A stretch of 64,000 nucleotides of DNA from Phoronis australis (Eukaryota > Animalia > Phoronida), in the NCBI GenBank assembly GCA_002633005.1, contig NMRA01000180.1, positions 36,518 through 100,517 on the forward strand, in the 5' to 3' direction. The number at the start of each line of letters is the position of its first letter. Position 1 is the first letter of the stretch. The notes below the pieces were generated by a model. That model was given only the letters and a program-made list of their open reading frames with translations. It made no database searches and had not been told where the DNA came from. Below, in pieces: positions 60,997 to 64,000 of this stretch. The translations under genes and the position numbers were made by a program.

Positions 60997-62422
60997 CCGC
61001 CATTTGTAAAGGCCGACGTGGCAGTGCTAGTCAACCAGCCACAGTTTCATTTCCAATGCCAACGACGATCTGTGACGAACTTGCAAAAGACGGGACTATA
61101 AATTATCATAAACCTGCGGTACCTACGTGTACATGAAGCCTACATGGGGACATCTTTGTATAAAAAGATAAGGTAGACATATCTGACATTTATCATACCT
61201 TTTTCCATACATGTATATGGTACAATCGTTTCATTCATTTTGACTCGTTCGTTCACTTCATCTTACGTAGTAATGTTTTAACATTACTATTGCTTGTCAT
61301 CTATTTGAGAGAGATTGTTCAAACAAAGACTTGGCCCCAAACATCGGATTTAGTTCTTTAGGCAACTCGTACACTAACACTATTGGCGCTATTGGAGAAG
61401 AATGCGTGCAGCTCTCACCCTTCAGTCACCAGCAAATTTCTCGGCACATCGAAGATTTCACCGTGCCGTCACACATCGAACTGAGATTATAGCTATCCAT
61501 AGGCTTGGCCAGATGTGTACTAGTTTCAAAATCAGAAATGGACGACGGAGTAAGGCAAAGACCTAAGTGACTTTTAAAATATATTGGCCACCATAGAATT
61601 TCCAAAATCAGTCCATTATAAGAGAAGTTATAGTGGTTAGTTATGCGCATTAATTAACTTTTGTGAAACGATGGGTTAGTCACAATCTGGCTTAGGCGCC
61701 CCTCTATCGTTAGTCGACAAAAATGCCAGCGTAGACGAGTTGCCACATTGTAAGCGTCGTACATGTTGCTATTTGGCACTTACATTACCGTACGTGGCTA
61801 TTTCGGTTGAAAAGGTTTTTGTAAACATATATTATGATGATATGCAACGAAAAACTCTGGGCGTCGGAAAGTTTTGCACGGATTAAAAAGGAGATTTGTG
61901 CTGAACAAAAACAACCCAAAACGCAAGAGGTTATTCGTAGAAAGAATAGCGTCCTATAATTACACTATTAAAGATTCCACGCATCGTTGAATTCGGAAAT
62001 CTGAAACTCAAATAAATGAAAATGGCCGAGGTATGAGCAATCAATGAACATATTTGAACAGCGGTGTGTATGTAATTAGCAGCATCAACACGTCGTATTG
62101 AAGAACAGTAAGAAAGGCTTTCAACTCAAAACAATGGCTTCCAAAGATGCCGCTGTTAAGGCTTTTCCTTTGAAGGATCCAATTGGCAACCAGGATTCTC
62201 CAAAATAATCTGTTGATTTTCATATACAGTGTACTTAACAAGAGGATGAAACGAGTCTTTTAAATTTGACGTTCACTTTTGCACCAGTTAGAACAATCGA
62301 CATTAGCACGAGCTATTGTTAACTGACATTTTTGTTATGCGCACACGTGTTAGCTTGCCAATCGGAAAACCAAGAACGTCTATGTACGCAATACTTGATA
62401 AATTAAGAGCAATTGTGTCCTG

Positions 62423-62903
62423 CTTTCAGGGACATCGATTTTTATACAGCTGAATCGTTAGATTTAATTGTGATGAATGTATGTTAATTTATGATGCTTA
62501 TGAGTAAAAAGGTACTTGTATAAATGTTTGATGTTTAGGAAACATGTGGCACCACGCTCATGCATTCATACAATGGCGATAAGCATGCTATACATATGTA
62601 ATGCTCAATGATGCTCGTTTAGCAATACGGTCACAATTAATCAGCAAAAAATGTCCCCTGTGTTATGTGGATGAATTCCCTTCTGGGTAATACAGTGTCA
62701 TCCTTTTTATGCGCACATATCTTTATACGTGAGCGCATATTGCCGCCATCTCTTTTTTGAGCATCCGAAATAAACCGCTTGCAGGATGTTAATGAGATTT
62801 GGCAGATTTTCGGACCGATCCGACTATTTCCGTGAGCCCTTATGGAAATTTTAGTTTTTTCGGTTGCTTCTTCGATGCATTTTCTTGAACTCTTGCAAAT
62901 AGA
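62423..62903 (+). repeat. Second copy of the 25-575 repeat
   Basis: Same collinear blocks as listed for 25-575. Confidence 0.7.
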
Positions 62904-63293
62904 CAGATTTGACTACTGGTGTCCGTTTAAGCCATTTATTTCTTCAAACACTTCATTGCAAATTAAAACTATTAATAGTGGAAGTATATAAACCACGCTC
63001 ATACACCACTTACTTGGTGCAGGTGCCCCCCCCCCNCCCCCAACTAGTTATTGAGTATATGCAACTACATGTACGAATAGATAGGAAAACTAACCACATT
63101 GGTCTCCGCCATTACTGTATTATGGACAGTAGCGGCACTATGCGGGCGCAGGCGATGAGGAAGTACGAAACACGTAGCACATCAATACAATACCTCCACT
63201 ACTGCACCGTAAATAGTATGCTTCTAGGGGTCATTATTTCCATGTATGTACATGTAATTAGATTAATTAAATCAGTTTTTGGCCACAATAAGA

Positions 63294-63564
63294 TTAAAAA
63301 CCGGATGATCGCCGCACAAGTAAAAAAGTTCATGTTCAATTCAACGTTTCGTCTTCATTAGACATAATCAGAATCACATTTACAACAATTTAGGACAAGT
63401 GCCAACAAACAGCTTAGGTAGCATCCATAGAGTGAAGTGAGAGATACATATAATATATTCAGTAGCTGGTTATCACCATAGTTGCAGGGTCACTGAGCAC
63501 TGCATGTTATTCAGAGAATCAGTGGCATGCTGGTTTATTTGTGCGGTGATCGTCCGGTTTTTAA
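63294..63564. mobile_element. Small element with ~30-bp inverted repeats and TTAA ends
   Basis: TTAAAAACCGGATGATCGCCGCACAAGTAAA versus reverse complement TTAAAAACCGGACGATCACCGCACAAATAAA. Confidence 0.6.
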
Positions 63565-64000
63565 TTAGATTAACGACGGACAACAGAAGGCAAGAGGTTG
63601 GCAGTTAATTAAATTTAACTTGTTAAATGCATTTATCGTCATTATGTTGACACTTGTCTCTTTATTTTGATACTAGTCCTTATCGTTTATTTTGCATTAC
63701 TCATCTCTATTTATAGCCTCAATGGCCTACTTTTGTATTCATATGTTTCTCTACGCGACTCCTGATTGGTCGCCAATATTTCCTTTGTTCAGTTCAGTGT
63801 GGTCTCTCATTCAGCCACTTACCTCGTCGTCTACAAGACCCCCCCCCCCCCCCCCCCCCCCGNTCGGTTCCACTTTCTCTTTGCTCATATACATTTCCTG
63901 TTAGGTTTTTTCAAGTTTTGTGTTCATGTTCATGTTCTGTACTTTTCCTTTAAGCCTTTCAGACAGTTCTTTGTTTTGTTCCCTCTTCCAGGGCTATTCA

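Overview
AT-rich, intron-containing eukaryotic DNA, most likely from a marine invertebrate. That assignment is inference from GT-AG introns, MITE/HINE-type repeats, microsatellites and the very frequent TACATGTA octamer; the species cannot be determined here. Two multi-exon genes can be rebuilt by hand with consistent splice phases. (1) Minus strand 7160..3368, six exons, 233 aa, only fragmentarily present in the ORF track: signal peptide + bacterial-type SH3b-like cell-wall-binding domain + peptidase M15/LAS-type Zn-metallopeptidase with S-G-x-R, S-x-H-x6-D and H-x-H motifs intact. This is an endolysin/autolysin-like architecture in a spliced animal gene and is the most striking item in the window. 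(2) Plus strand 37767..60996, about 1947 aa: signal peptide + PLAT/LH2 domain + 30 thrombospondin type-1 repeats + transmembrane helix + short tail. It has two near-identical 2223-nt exons (13 x 171 nt) from an internal tandem duplication and several decayed TSP1 exons. Each gene also carries a decayed duplicate of its first coding exon. The 30 kb between the genes is dense with non-autonomous DNA transposons (MITEs, HINE-like elements, THAP and YqaJ remnants) and includes one 518-N assembly gap. Domain calls are by motif recognition only; no searches were run.
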